A DNA stretch of 64,000 nt from an uncultured Gammaproteobacteria bacterium. Its GTDB lineage: Bacteria > Patescibacteriota > Patescibacteriia > SBBC01 > CAIJZX01. This document shows positions 57,032 to 64,000 of this stretch, piece by piece. The translations under genes were made by a program, and so were the position numbers. Location of the stretch: the NCBI GenBank assembly GCA_964397195.1, contig CAYNGY010000003.1:5836-69835 (forward strand), in the 5' to 3' direction. The notes under the pieces are model-generated. The model had not been told where the DNA came from, did no database searches, and was given only the letters and a program-made list of their open reading frames with translations. Numbering within the stretch: position 1 is the stretch's first letter; the number at the start of each line of letters is the position of its first letter.

Positions 57032-57433
57032 ATGTTTAAGGAATTCAAAGCGTTCATTATGCGCGGCAACGTCATGGACCTCGCCGTCGGGGTGATCATC
57101 GGCGGTGCATTCGGTAAAATTGTCAGCTCGTTGGTGGCCGATATTATTATGCCATTCATCAGCCTCCTGACTGGTGGAATTGATCTCTCCGGTTTGCGCG
57201 TCAAGATCGCCGGGTCGGTAACAGAACCCGTCTACCTGACCTATGGGAATTTCATTCAGGCGGCGATCGATTTCGTCATCATCGCGGCCGTTATTTTCTT
57301 GATGATCCGGATGATGAATCGCCTCGTCAAACAGCCGAGCGTTGCGCCCACAACGAAATCCTGTCCGCGATGTACGATGAGTATCGCGCTGGCCGCGACG
57401 CGCTGCCCGCATTGCACCAGTGAACTTTCCTAG
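57032..57433 (+). CDS. mscL: large-conductance mechanosensitive channel with C-terminal CxxC…CxxC zinc ribbon
   Basis: MFKEFKAFIMRGNVMDLAVGVIIGGAFGKIVSSLVADIIMP. C-terminal CPRC…CPHC. Confidence 0.9.
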   Translation: MFKEFKAFIMRGNVMDLAVGVIIGGAFGKIVSSLVADIIMPFISLLTGGIDLSGLRVKIAGSVTEPVYLTYGNFIQAAIDFVIIAAVIFLMIRMMNRLVKQPSVAPTTKSCPRCTMSIALAATRCPHCTSELS

Positions 57434-57436
57434 ACC

Positions 57437-57820
57437 ATGAGCCCGCTCAAGGCCCTGAACTCGGTTCTCCTCTATTGCCAAGATATTCGGCGTTCCGCCG
57501 AGTTCTATGAACGGCTCGGATTTTCGATTGGACCCGAACACGACGGCGTGGTCTTGGCGACGGTTGGGGCATTTACCATCCATCTCCTCGACCAATCGAA
57601 AGCCGTCTTTCAGCAAGACGCACCGCGTGATAAAGGAGCCGGTGTATTTCTCCGGATTGAAGTTTCCGACATCGATCAACTGCATACTGAGTTTCTTGGG
57701 AAAGACCTTCGCCCGGCAGGTGTGCCGCATGATTGGCCGTGGGGGAGTCGCGAGTTTGCGATGAAAGATCCGGATGGCTATCGGCTCGTATTCTGGCAGC
57801 TCGTCAAGAAATCTGGATAG
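57437..57820 (+). CDS. VOC-family (glyoxalase/bleomycin-resistance fold) protein
   Basis: βαβββ module NSVLLYCQDIRRSAEFYERLGF. Confidence 0.7.
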   Translation: MSPLKALNSVLLYCQDIRRSAEFYERLGFSIGPEHDGVVLATVGAFTIHLLDQSKAVFQQDAPRDKGAGVFLRIEVSDIDQLHTEFLGKDLRPAGVPHDWPWGSREFAMKDPDGYRLVFWQLVKKSG

Positions 57821-57862
57821 CCACACGTCTGATGAACAGGTTGCGGCCAGTGTGGTATACTG

Positions 57863-58657
57863 GTGACTGATATGGAAAAACGGAACGGGATTGGCTTGGT
57901 CTTGAGTGGAGGTGGGACGCGCGGTATTGCCCATGTTGGGGCGTGGCGCGTTTTGTCGTCGCTGAATTTTCGGCCAGCGGTGATTGCTGGCTGTAGCATG
58001 GGGGCGCTCGTGGGGGCGATGATTGCGAGTGGCCATACGGTCGACGAGATTGAGGAGTTTGTCTTGGCTCAGCGGGCGACGGCGTTATTTCAATGGCCGA
58101 TTACAAAACTCGGTATCTCGAATTTAACGAAGTTCGAGAAGCGTTTGATGGCGTTTATCGGGACACGACGATTTGAGGGATTGCAGATACCGTTGATTAT
58201 GAATGCGACGAATCTGACGACCGGCGAACGGGTCGTGTATGACCGCGGCTTACTTTGGCCGGCGCTGCGCGCGACGATTGCCGTGCCGGGGTTGTTAGCG
58301 CCGGTGCGGTTGCATGGCGAAATACTCGTCGATGGCGGGATTCTCCATGAACACCCGTTTTTATTACTGCCGAAGGAGGTCCAACGGTTCATTATGGTTA
58401 ACTGCTCACCGCGGGAGAGTCTGACCAAGCAGCAGGTTTCGGTGATTGATCTCCTGCGGGCGAGCATGAACGTCATGCAGAACACGATCACCGAAATGCA
58501 TCTCGCCAGTATCCCGTCTTACCGCTACCGGCTGATCGAACCAAATGTACACGGTCGGAATTTATTTGAGAGCGAGAAACAATTTCGGGCCTTACTGACC
58601 CTGGGGTCCGAGGCAGCGGAGGCCGAGCGGTCCTCGCTAACGTCTTTTATTCAGTAA
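57863..58657 (+). CDS. patatin-like phospholipase
   Basis: Oxyanion hole GLVLSGGGTRG. Nucleophile elbow GCSMGA. Catalytic DGG (VDGGI). Confidence 0.85.
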   Translation: MTDMEKRNGIGLVLSGGGTRGIAHVGAWRVLSSLNFRPAVIAGCSMGALVGAMIASGHTVDEIEEFVLAQRATALFQWPITKLGISNLTKFEKRLMAFIGTRRFEGLQIPLIMNATNLTTGERVVYDRGLLWPALRATIAVPGLLAPVRLHGEILVDGGILHEHPFLLLPKEVQRFIMVNCSPRESLTKQQVSVIDLLRASMNVMQNTITEMHLASIPSYRYRLIEPNVHGRNLFESEKQFRALLTLGSEAAEAERSSLTSFIQ

Positions 58658-58676
58658 AACAACTAACAGAAACGAT

Positions 58677-59483
58677 ATGGAGAACATCCGTTCAGGAAGC
58701 GGCCCGGTTGAAGAAGGGAAAGCAACGTTCGCATCATTGCGGGCGTGGAATTGGGCCATGTCTCTGCTCCATCTGGTGCAGGGAATCATCATGGTGGCGA
58801 TTAGTAACGCTTCGTCGTTACCGATCACGACGTCGTATTTAAAAATCGATCCGGCCAACCCGCAGTTCGGCATAGCACCGACGCCGGAAACCTGGTTTCA
58901 GTTGCGCCTCGGCCCGACCGTCGCGGCTTTCTTATTCTTGTCGGCGTTGGCTCATTTTTTACTGGCCGGGCCGCTGCGGGGGTGGTACGAACGGAATCTC
59001 GCCAAGGGGATGAATAAGCTCCGTTGGTTTGAGTACATGTTTTCCTCGTCGATCATGATCGTCGTGATCGCTATGCTGTGTGGCATCTATGATTTTTGGC
59101 TACTGGTCGCGCTCTTCGCTTTGAATGCGATTATGAACTTGATGGGCTTGGTGATGGAAGTGCACAATCAAACGACATCGACCACCAATTGGTTGTCGTA
59201 TATCATTGGGGTGGTGGCTGGACTCGTGCCGTGGGCGGCGATCATTGCCTACTTCATCGGCGCGGCGAACTCTACCGGCGTCGAGATCCCGAGCTTTGTC
59301 TACTGGATTGTCGGCACCATCTTCGTGACCTTCAATATCTTCGCGATCAACATGATCTTGCAGTATAAGAAGGTCGGGCCGTGGAAAAACTATCTCTACG
59401 GTGAACGTGTCTATATGATTATGTCGTTGGTGGCAAAATCACTCTTAGCCTGGCAAATGTTTAGCGGGACACTTCGGCCGTAA
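58677..59483 (+). CDS. heliorhodopsin
   Basis: Seven transmembrane helices. RWFEYMFSSSIMIVVIAMLCGI corresponds to the 48C12 RWVEYSLSSSVMIV helix carrying counterion Glu. YLYGERVYMIMSLVAKSLLAWQMFSGTLRP corresponds to YLRGERAYIVLSLVAKSALAWQIFSGTLIP carrying the Schiff-base Lys. Confidence 0.85.
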   Translation: MENIRSGSGPVEEGKATFASLRAWNWAMSLLHLVQGIIMVAISNASSLPITTSYLKIDPANPQFGIAPTPETWFQLRLGPTVAAFLFLSALAHFLLAGPLRGWYERNLAKGMNKLRWFEYMFSSSIMIVVIAMLCGIYDFWLLVALFALNAIMNLMGLVMEVHNQTTSTTNWLSYIIGVVAGLVPWAAIIAYFIGAANSTGVEIPSFVYWIVGTIFVTFNIFAINMILQYKKVGPWKNYLYGERVYMIMSLVAKSLLAWQMFSGTLRP

Positions 59484-59553
59484 CCTGGGTGTCGAGCAGA
59501 ACACCGGTCGTGTATGACCGGTGTTTTCCTTTGTGCTACACTATGATTGACCT

Positions 59554-60096
59554 ATGTTGTCTGAACATCATTTCCAAGTTCCCGATCGGGTCTTCTTTAC
59601 CTTGACGGCGGTGGTCGTCCTGGTCAGCGCCGGATTTGTTCTCTGGGCATGGCCCCTGCTCCCGACCACTTTGCCGATCCATTTTGGGTGGGATGGAAAA
59701 CCCGATGCCTATGCCGATAGCAAAGCGCTGACGGTTCTGTTTCCGTTAGCCATTCAGTGTTTGATCGCGCTCTTGGTGTCATGGGCCTACCGCCACCCGA
59801 ACTACTTTAACTACCCGACTCGGCGGCGTCTCGATACGTTATCGCTACCGGCGCAAGCCGCTTTGCGGGTTTTGGCTCGCCACCTGTTGGCGGTTGTGCT
59901 CCTGGTGGCGGAGCTGTTGTTAGCGCACATCATTGAAGGCGTCATTTTAGTCGGTCTCGGGCAGGTCGGCGCCCCTGATCCGAGCATCCTGATCTTCCTG
60001 GTCGGTTTCTTGCTGGTCTCGATCACGGTCTACTCCGTGTGGATGCGGCGCATTATTCGCCGAGGGACGGCAGATGCCCATCCGCTCCGCGGGTAG
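59554..60096 (+). CDS. DUF1648-like membrane protein
   Basis: LPIHFGWDGKPDAYADSK motif between transmembrane helices. Four transmembrane helices. Confidence 0.55.
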   Translation: MLSEHHFQVPDRVFFTLTAVVVLVSAGFVLWAWPLLPTTLPIHFGWDGKPDAYADSKALTVLFPLAIQCLIALLVSWAYRHPNYFNYPTRRRLDTLSLPAQAALRVLARHLLAVVLLVAELLLAHIIEGVILVGLGQVGAPDPSILIFLVGFLLVSITVYSVWMRRIIRRGTADAHPLRG

Positions 60097-60109
60097 ACGG
60101 CGCGTTGAC

Positions 60110-60163
60110 GGGGGACCAGGCGTGGCGCTATACTAGCGCCGTCGCTTGAGTTAGCGACGGCGC
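60110..60163 (+). promoter_or_regulatory. promoter plus 11-bp inverted repeat (candidate operator / 5' hairpin) of the asparaginase-family operon
   Basis: TTGACG, an 18-nt spacer, TATACT (60129-60134). Immediately followed by GCGCCGTCGCT-tgagtt-AGCGACGGCGC (60136-60163), with ATG at 60169. Confidence 0.5.
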
Positions 60164-60168
60164 ATACT

Positions 60169-61050
60169 ATGAATGTCTTTCGCTCACGAGTCGGGATCCT
60201 CTTTGCTGGCGGCACGCGGCTGTCCGGTTCAGCGCGGTTACGGCGTGGTGTTCGCCGAGCGAGTGATGTCGCGCCGTGGGTCCAAGAAATGGGGGAGTTG
60301 CTGATCCTGGCGGATATCGAGCCGATGTTTGTGCTGGCGGATGATTCGGTATCACCGCCGGAGCGGTGGCGACGAATTGCGCTCGCGATACGGCAGATGG
60401 CGCCGCGTGTTGATGGGCTAGTTGTACTCCATGAACCGATGACGGCCGATTTGACGGCGGTGGCATTGGCGGCGATGGTGACCGTTACCCCGAAGCCAAT
60501 CGTCATTGCGGTCGGGACGAATGATGGTCAAACAGGCGGCCGCTCAAATCTGATTAATGCGGTTCAAACGGCGACCGCGCATATTCCGGCGGTTCTTTTT
60601 TTACGCGGCCCACAGATTTTACTAGCGGCGAAAGCGATGGATGTGGAGATTGGGCCGAATGATACGCTCGGACGGATTGATTTTGGGGTTCGACAACTTC
60701 GGACTTTGCAGCGGCCGACGGCAGCGCGACTGCAGATGTCGCTTGAGATCGAGTCGCGTGTGGTGGTTGTCACGGCAGATACGCTCTGGGCCAGTAATTG
60801 GGCGTTCCCGGCCCAGACAAAAGGGGTTGTTGTTGTTTGGCCGAGTTCACAGCGCGTGCCAGCCGACGGCCGACTCGATTTTATAAAACGCATTCCGAAA
60901 TCAGTGCCGGTGGTCGCGAGTGGTTGGCCGACCTCTGTCCCGGTGCCGCCGACGTGGACCCGAACGATGGCGCCGGCGCAAGCGGCGATGGCGCGGTTGA
61001 TGGTCACTGCCGGGCGACGACGGTCGACCGAGCGGAGGTTGAAAACATGA
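60169..61050 (+). CDS. L-asparaginase/glutaminase-family protein
   Basis: N-terminal ILFAGGT (≈TGGTIAG), HEPMTAD (≈HGTDT) and PIVIAVGTNDGQTGGRSNLINAV (≈PVVLVGAMRP…DGP.NL..A). About 62-65 % GC. Confidence 0.55.
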   Translation: MNVFRSRVGILFAGGTRLSGSARLRRGVRRASDVAPWVQEMGELLILADIEPMFVLADDSVSPPERWRRIALAIRQMAPRVDGLVVLHEPMTADLTAVALAAMVTVTPKPIVIAVGTNDGQTGGRSNLINAVQTATAHIPAVLFLRGPQILLAAKAMDVEIGPNDTLGRIDFGVRQLRTLQRPTAARLQMSLEIESRVVVVTADTLWASNWAFPAQTKGVVVVWPSSQRVPADGRLDFIKRIPKSVPVVASGWPTSVPVPPTWTRTMAPAQAAMARLMVTAGRRRSTERRLKT

Positions 61051-61631
61051 TTCGCTGTTTACTGTACGTTTCGCCGGATGCCACGACCGCGCTCCAGACG
61101 ATTGGACAACGGATATATCGTTTTCTTGATCGGCCCGACATGGTCATTCTTTCGAACCTCGATCGGACCCCGGTCGTGACGACATCGGAGATGCCGTCGG
61201 TCGAGCAGATGGATATTCTGATTCTTGAAGGGACGACGAATGATGCAGATGTCGGTTTTTTGCTAGCCCATGCGATTGCCCGACGGAAACCAACGCTCTA
61301 TCTCTACGAGCGCGGGACGGTCGCTCGCGTGCTTAGTCATCTCGCGCTCCACGAGCTCCCGAGTTGGATTCACGTTGTTTCCTATCATGACGGCTCCCTC
61401 GAACGGCATATCGAAGATTTCCTGACGGCCGCCAGCGGACGAACAATCAAGCCGGCGCCGCGGATTAAATTTACGCTTCGGATTACCTCACCGATTGAAT
61501 CGTATCTTCAGTTTAAAACGTTGAACACGAAAACGAGCAAAGCGGATTGGGTGCGGGAGCAGATTGAAGGGATGATGGAGCACGACGAGGATTGGCGGCG
61601 CTATCTCAAGCGACAGCGGTCGGCCGATTAA
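61047..61631 (+). CDS. Rossmann-like α/β domain (asparaginase C-domain / NDT-SLOG-like) with ribbon-helix-helix-like C-terminal tail
   Basis: ATGA-coupled to the upstream gene. DILILEGTTNDADVGFLLAHAIARRKPTLYLYERG α/β pattern. C-terminal RIKFTLRITSPIESYLQFKTLNTKTSKADWVREQIE fits a β-α-α RHH fold. Confidence 0.4.
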   Translation: MIRCLLYVSPDATTALQTIGQRIYRFLDRPDMVILSNLDRTPVVTTSEMPSVEQMDILILEGTTNDADVGFLLAHAIARRKPTLYLYERGTVARVLSHLALHELPSWIHVVSYHDGSLERHIEDFLTAASGRTIKPAPRIKFTLRITSPIESYLQFKTLNTKTSKADWVREQIEGMMEHDEDWRRYLKRQRSAD

Positions 61632-61642
61632 AAATCCCGCCG

Positions 61643-61942
61643 TTACAGTCGGCGGGTCAGGGATGGGGGACGCAGGACGACCGTCAGGACGACGATCAGG
61701 ACGAGCAGTCCGCCGATGGTGGCGAACGGCTGATGGAGCGGTTCGAACAGCCACCGCAGGGCGCTGAACGAGATGCGGCGAAGCATCTCAAAAGCCTGCA
61801 CGGCGGACGATGGCCACAGCTGCGTGACCACGGCCAGACCGAGCAAGACAGCTAGCGACCAGACGGAAAGGTGCATCCGGGCAGGCATGGCGCCTCCTTG
61901 GGCCACGGGTCCGGGTAGAAGCCAGTGTTCGGCGAAGAACAC
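61643..61942 (-). CDS. hypothetical membrane protein
   Basis: 99-aa ORF with two hydrophobic helices. GC-rich. Could be a frame artefact. Confidence 0.25.
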   Translation of the reverse strand: MFFAEHWLLPGPVAQGGAMPARMHLSVWSLAVLLGLAVVTQLWPSSAVQAFEMLRRISFSALRWLFEPLHQPFATIGGLLVLIVVLTVVLRPPSLTRRL

Positions 61943-62028
61943 CGGGGTGTAGGCGTTACCCTAATCGAGTCCGGCCGGCGCGTCAAGCTCTTGACGGTCG
62001 TTTTGATTTCGGGTATCCTGCTCGGGCA

Positions 62029-62358
62029 ATGACTGATTCAAAGGCAACAGTACCAAGCGCCGTAATCGCCACCGGTGGTGTGCAATTACTCGTCTCCGTT
62101 GGCCAGACGGTTGATATGGCCTTTATGGCCGACAAAAAGGTCGGCGAGACCGTCGTTTTCGATCAGGTCTTACTGAAGACCACGCCGCTTCAAATTGGTC
62201 AGCCGCTCCTGACGGGCGCGTCGGTGTCTGGGACGATTGTGTCTCATGGCAAGACGAAGAAAGTCCGGGGCGTGAAGTTCCATAACAAGGTTCGATACCG
62301 CCGTACCTTCGGCCACCGTCAGAATTTTACGAAGGTGAAAATCGAGGCCATCGCCTAA
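62029..62358 (+). CDS. rplU: 50S ribosomal protein L21
   Basis: …ATGGVQLLVSVGQT…GHRQNFTKVKIEAI matches bL21. Confidence 0.9.
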   Translation: MTDSKATVPSAVIATGGVQLLVSVGQTVDMAFMADKKVGETVVFDQVLLKTTPLQIGQPLLTGASVSGTIVSHGKTKKVRGVKFHNKVRYRRTFGHRQNFTKVKIEAIA

Positions 62359-62375
62359 GCGGTGACCGCGCGTAT

Positions 62376-62399
62376 CGCCCTTGACGGGGCGTTTTTTTG
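62376..62399 (+). terminator. Rho-independent terminator after rplU
   Basis: CGCCC-TTGAC-GGGGCG hairpin followed by TTTTTTTG. Confidence 0.65.
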
Positions 62400-62880
62400 T
62401 TGGTAGCGTGGCATGGCCCTACGCGAATGTTGGAGCGGGTACTAGGGCGCACCGCGCATGTGGTGGAGCAGTCCCCACGGCTCCATACGACCGTCAATGG
62501 TTTGCGAGCACCAGAGACCCCTTCGGGCGGATCTGACTCGTGGTAGGAGTAGTACCAGCTGACGGAAGTGACGAGCGATCTCGTCTCGGTCACACGAGGA
62601 GGGACGAGGCGTTTCACAGCATCGAACTGGTGTCTGAGGACGAGGCGGTGTCCTCACGTCGGTGTCACAGGACGGGGGTTCTGTATCCGACGCGAACATC
62701 CGCGACGTTACCGCGATAGTGTAACTTCGTGCCATAGGGATGGGTAACCCCGTGCGTCATCGCTGACAACTACCCAGCGTACACGAACCTACAGAGCACC
62801 TGGCCGGACCCAGCGCATCAAGCGCCCGGCCAGACTTTTCTTTTCGCCGCCACGATTCAGGTGTACACTAAAGGTGAGAA
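62400..62880 (+). other. about 470-nt non-coding, hairpin-rich region (candidate structured RNA or decayed gene); no rpmA
   Basis: No credible ORF in any frame. Multiple stable stems (GACGAGcgatCTCGTC, AGGACgaggcggtGTCCT, CCC-TTCG-GGC tetraloop). A segment GGAGCGGGTACTAGGGCGCACCGCGC resembles the RNase P GGUGCGGUAAGAGCGCACCGCGC element, but no other RNase P core is present. Confidence 0.3.
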
Positions 62881-62895
62881 ACTAACCGGACTCTT

Positions 62896-64000
62896 ATGCG
62901 CAAAGGCTCAACCCTCATCCCACTCGTATCGATGTTAGCTGCTCTGGCAGCTTTGCTCGTGGTGGTAGCCTGGGCGGTGACCAGTCCGATGTTCACGAAG
63001 GATAATACGGCGGTGGTGAACACAAAAAACTCCGTGGCCTGTACCGAAGAATTGAAAATCTGTCCGGATGGAAGTGGTGTCGGACGGGTGCCGCCAAACT
63101 GTGCGTTCGCGCCGTGTCCCACCACTAATACGAATGCCGCAATCAACACGAATACAACGGGTTCGGAAACGACGGCGCCAACGTCGAACACACTAACTCC
63201 GGCGACCACAATCCCGGTGACATCTTCTGCCTACATTTGGCGGGATGGCATCGTCTATATGACGTCATTGAAAGATGGACAGAGCATCACATCGTTCGCG
63301 TTACCGGTGACCGGGACGTTGAAAGCACTTGCCTATGATGCCGCATCCGGTCGGGTCGCCTATATCGCAACCACGGGTGATGTCGATGCGCTCTACTACC
63401 GTTCCTCAAAGTCAGCGACGCCGATCAAGCTTGATAGTGTCACGCGGACACACGAAAACGAAGTGCGTGAAGCAATCGCGTATACGAGCGTCGCGTTTCG
63501 TGGGGGGTCGGAAGTGATTGGGACCGTGGGTATGTGGGAAGGATGCGCTGATCGGGTTTTTCGTTTGTCGGACCATAAAAAAGTTTCCGACGCTTGGTGC
63601 GGATCTGTTGGGGTCTCACCCGACGGAAAAACATTTGTTCAGACTGAATCAAACGGCATTGCTACGGGCAATACTTTTTCCGTTGCCACGTCGTATGATG
63701 GTCCGTTTACACCGCTTGACTGGTCGACGTGGACTGGGGATGTTTCTGACGTGTATGATTCGACCGCAAAGCAGTTGAAGGCTGGTTTCACGGGCCATGA
63801 ATTCCTCTCCAATACGAAATTGATTGTGTCGGTAAACTTTGATGTCGGAGAAAATCGATTGGCGGAGGTTGATTTGGCGGCCAAGCAATTGACCCTTTTG
63901 CCGTCTGATGGCGATGTTTACTTTGCGGCGCCGAAGGTGGTGGGTGATTCGGTGGTTGTATACAATAGCAAAACCATCGGGGTCTATTCGTTACAACGAA
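62896..64000 (+). CDS. secreted β-propeller (TolB/PD40-like) protein, 3'-truncated at window edge
   Basis: Open reading frame without a stop from the ATG at 62896 to the window end (checked codon by codon). Signal peptide MRKGSTLIPLVSMLAALAALLVVVAWA. Thr/Asn-rich linker. Repeated β-strand motifs including SPDGKTF. Not listed in the ORF track. Confidence 0.6.
   Translation, partial: MRKGSTLIPLVSMLAALAALLVVVAWAVTSPMFTKDNTAVVNTKNSVACTEELKICPDGSGVGRVPPNCAFAPCPTTNTNAAINTNTTGSETTAPTSNTLTPATTIPVTSSAYIWRDGIVYMTSLKDGQSITSFALPVTGTLKALAYDAASGRVAYIATTGDVDALYYRSSKSATPIKLDSVTRTHENEVREAIAYTSVAFRGGSEVIGTVGMWEGCADRVFRLSDHKKVSDAWCGSVGVSPDGKTFVQTESNGIATGNTFSVATSYDGPFTPLDWSTWTGDVSDVYDSTAKQLKAGFTGHEFLSNTKLIVSVNFDVGENRLAEVDLAAKQLTLLPSDGDVYFAAPKVVGDSVVVYNSKTIGVYSLQR

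Noticed and set aside
62400-62880. Possible RNase P RNA or tmRNA in the rplU-downstream region
   Set aside because: Only a short P10-P12-like stretch and a GGACGGGGGTTC fragment match. The universally conserved GGAAAGUCCGGGC and ACAGAACCCGGCUUA cores and the tmRNA tag and acceptor ends are absent. Kept only as a region of unknown function.
62327-63888. Track ORFs 62327..62617(-), 62442..62735(-), 62868..63209(-), 63329..63517(+), 63518..63778(+), 63440..63652(-), 63639..63884(-)
   Set aside because: They overlap either the non-coding region or the long uninterrupted plus-strand frame 62896..64000. They are short, with no motifs.
1-64000. CRISPR arrays, transposases, integrases, prophage genes
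   Set aside because: No short direct-repeat/spacer arrays, no cas-like ORFs, and no recombinase or transposase signatures were recognised in any frame.

Overview
This 64-kb window is a gene-dense chromosomal segment from a monoderm-type bacterium. It encodes a sortase with LAXTG-type substrates, FtsX-like permeases, MscL, UppP/UppS and peptidoglycan genes, so it is consistent with a Patescibacteria/CPR-, Chloroflexota- or Actinobacteria-like lineage, though I cannot assign the lineage from sequence alone. GC is about 55-58 %, with a few GC-elevated islets. Coordinates are 1-based; small motif positions are ±2 nt.

Many genes overlap by 4 nt (ATGA or TAATG junctions) and Shine-Dalgarno motifs are mostly absent.

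Main blocks, in order:
- An ABC-F ATPase (partial at the 5' edge), a pseudouridine synthase and a flavoprotein.
- A metal-homeostasis operon: an ArsR regulator fused to a YHS/TRASH metal-binding domain, CopA and a ZIP transporter, run together with queA, transketolase and a ROK kinase. A perfect 24-bp palindromic operator overlaps its promoter.
- tRNA-Pro(CGG), uppS, rarA, a DedA-family protein, fpg, and a divergent PAP2/uppP pair.
- A minus-strand surface-protein cluster: a 1147-aa adhesin with DUF11 and Cna-B-like domains and a LATTG sorting signal, a sortase, and a Big_2-domain protein.
- A secreted CAP-domain protein, a manC-like gene and mltG, followed by a stand-alone rplJ-rplL unit with an L10-leader-like 5'UTR.
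- A transmembrane protein with a PP2C-like domain and an extracellular β-propeller.
- lexA followed by a truncated, catalytically dead Y-family polymerase remnant that overlaps a minimal tsaB.
- An 8-kb gene for a 2669-aa surface protein (β-propeller repeats, a LamG domain, six tandem FN3-like repeats and purple-acid-phosphatase-type FN3 domains). It is translationally coupled to a MacB/FtsEX-like ABC pair and followed by an orphan Cache-HAMP sensor.
- A GC-rich two-gene cassette: a secreted protein plus a 31-aa hydrophobic peptide, with a strong SD and a 12-bp-stem terminator.
- uvrD/pcrA, a SpoU methylase and a CdsA-like protein.
- A truncated dcw cluster: mraZ-rsmH-ftsL-ftsI-murF, with GTGG direct repeats upstream of mraZ.
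- A split NOX/MsrQ-like electron-transfer module: an FNR-like reductase, ApbE, and a protein with TSP3 repeats and a di-heme ferric-reductase domain.
- tag, a PspC/LiaF-like pair, mscL with a C-terminal zinc ribbon, a VOC protein and a patatin-like lipase.
- A heliorhodopsin with the conserved counterion Glu and Schiff-base Lys.
- A GC-rich asparaginase-family gene coupled to a gene for a Rossmann-like domain plus RHH-like tail, behind a strong promoter and an 11-bp inverted repeat.
- rplU without rpmA, followed by about 470 nt of hairpin-rich non-coding sequence.
- A secreted β-propeller ORF running off the 3' edge. The supplied ORF track does not list it.

I found no CRISPR array, transposase or integrase. 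Nothing here can be tied to a named defence system; the candidates most worth experimental follow-up are listed in the findings.
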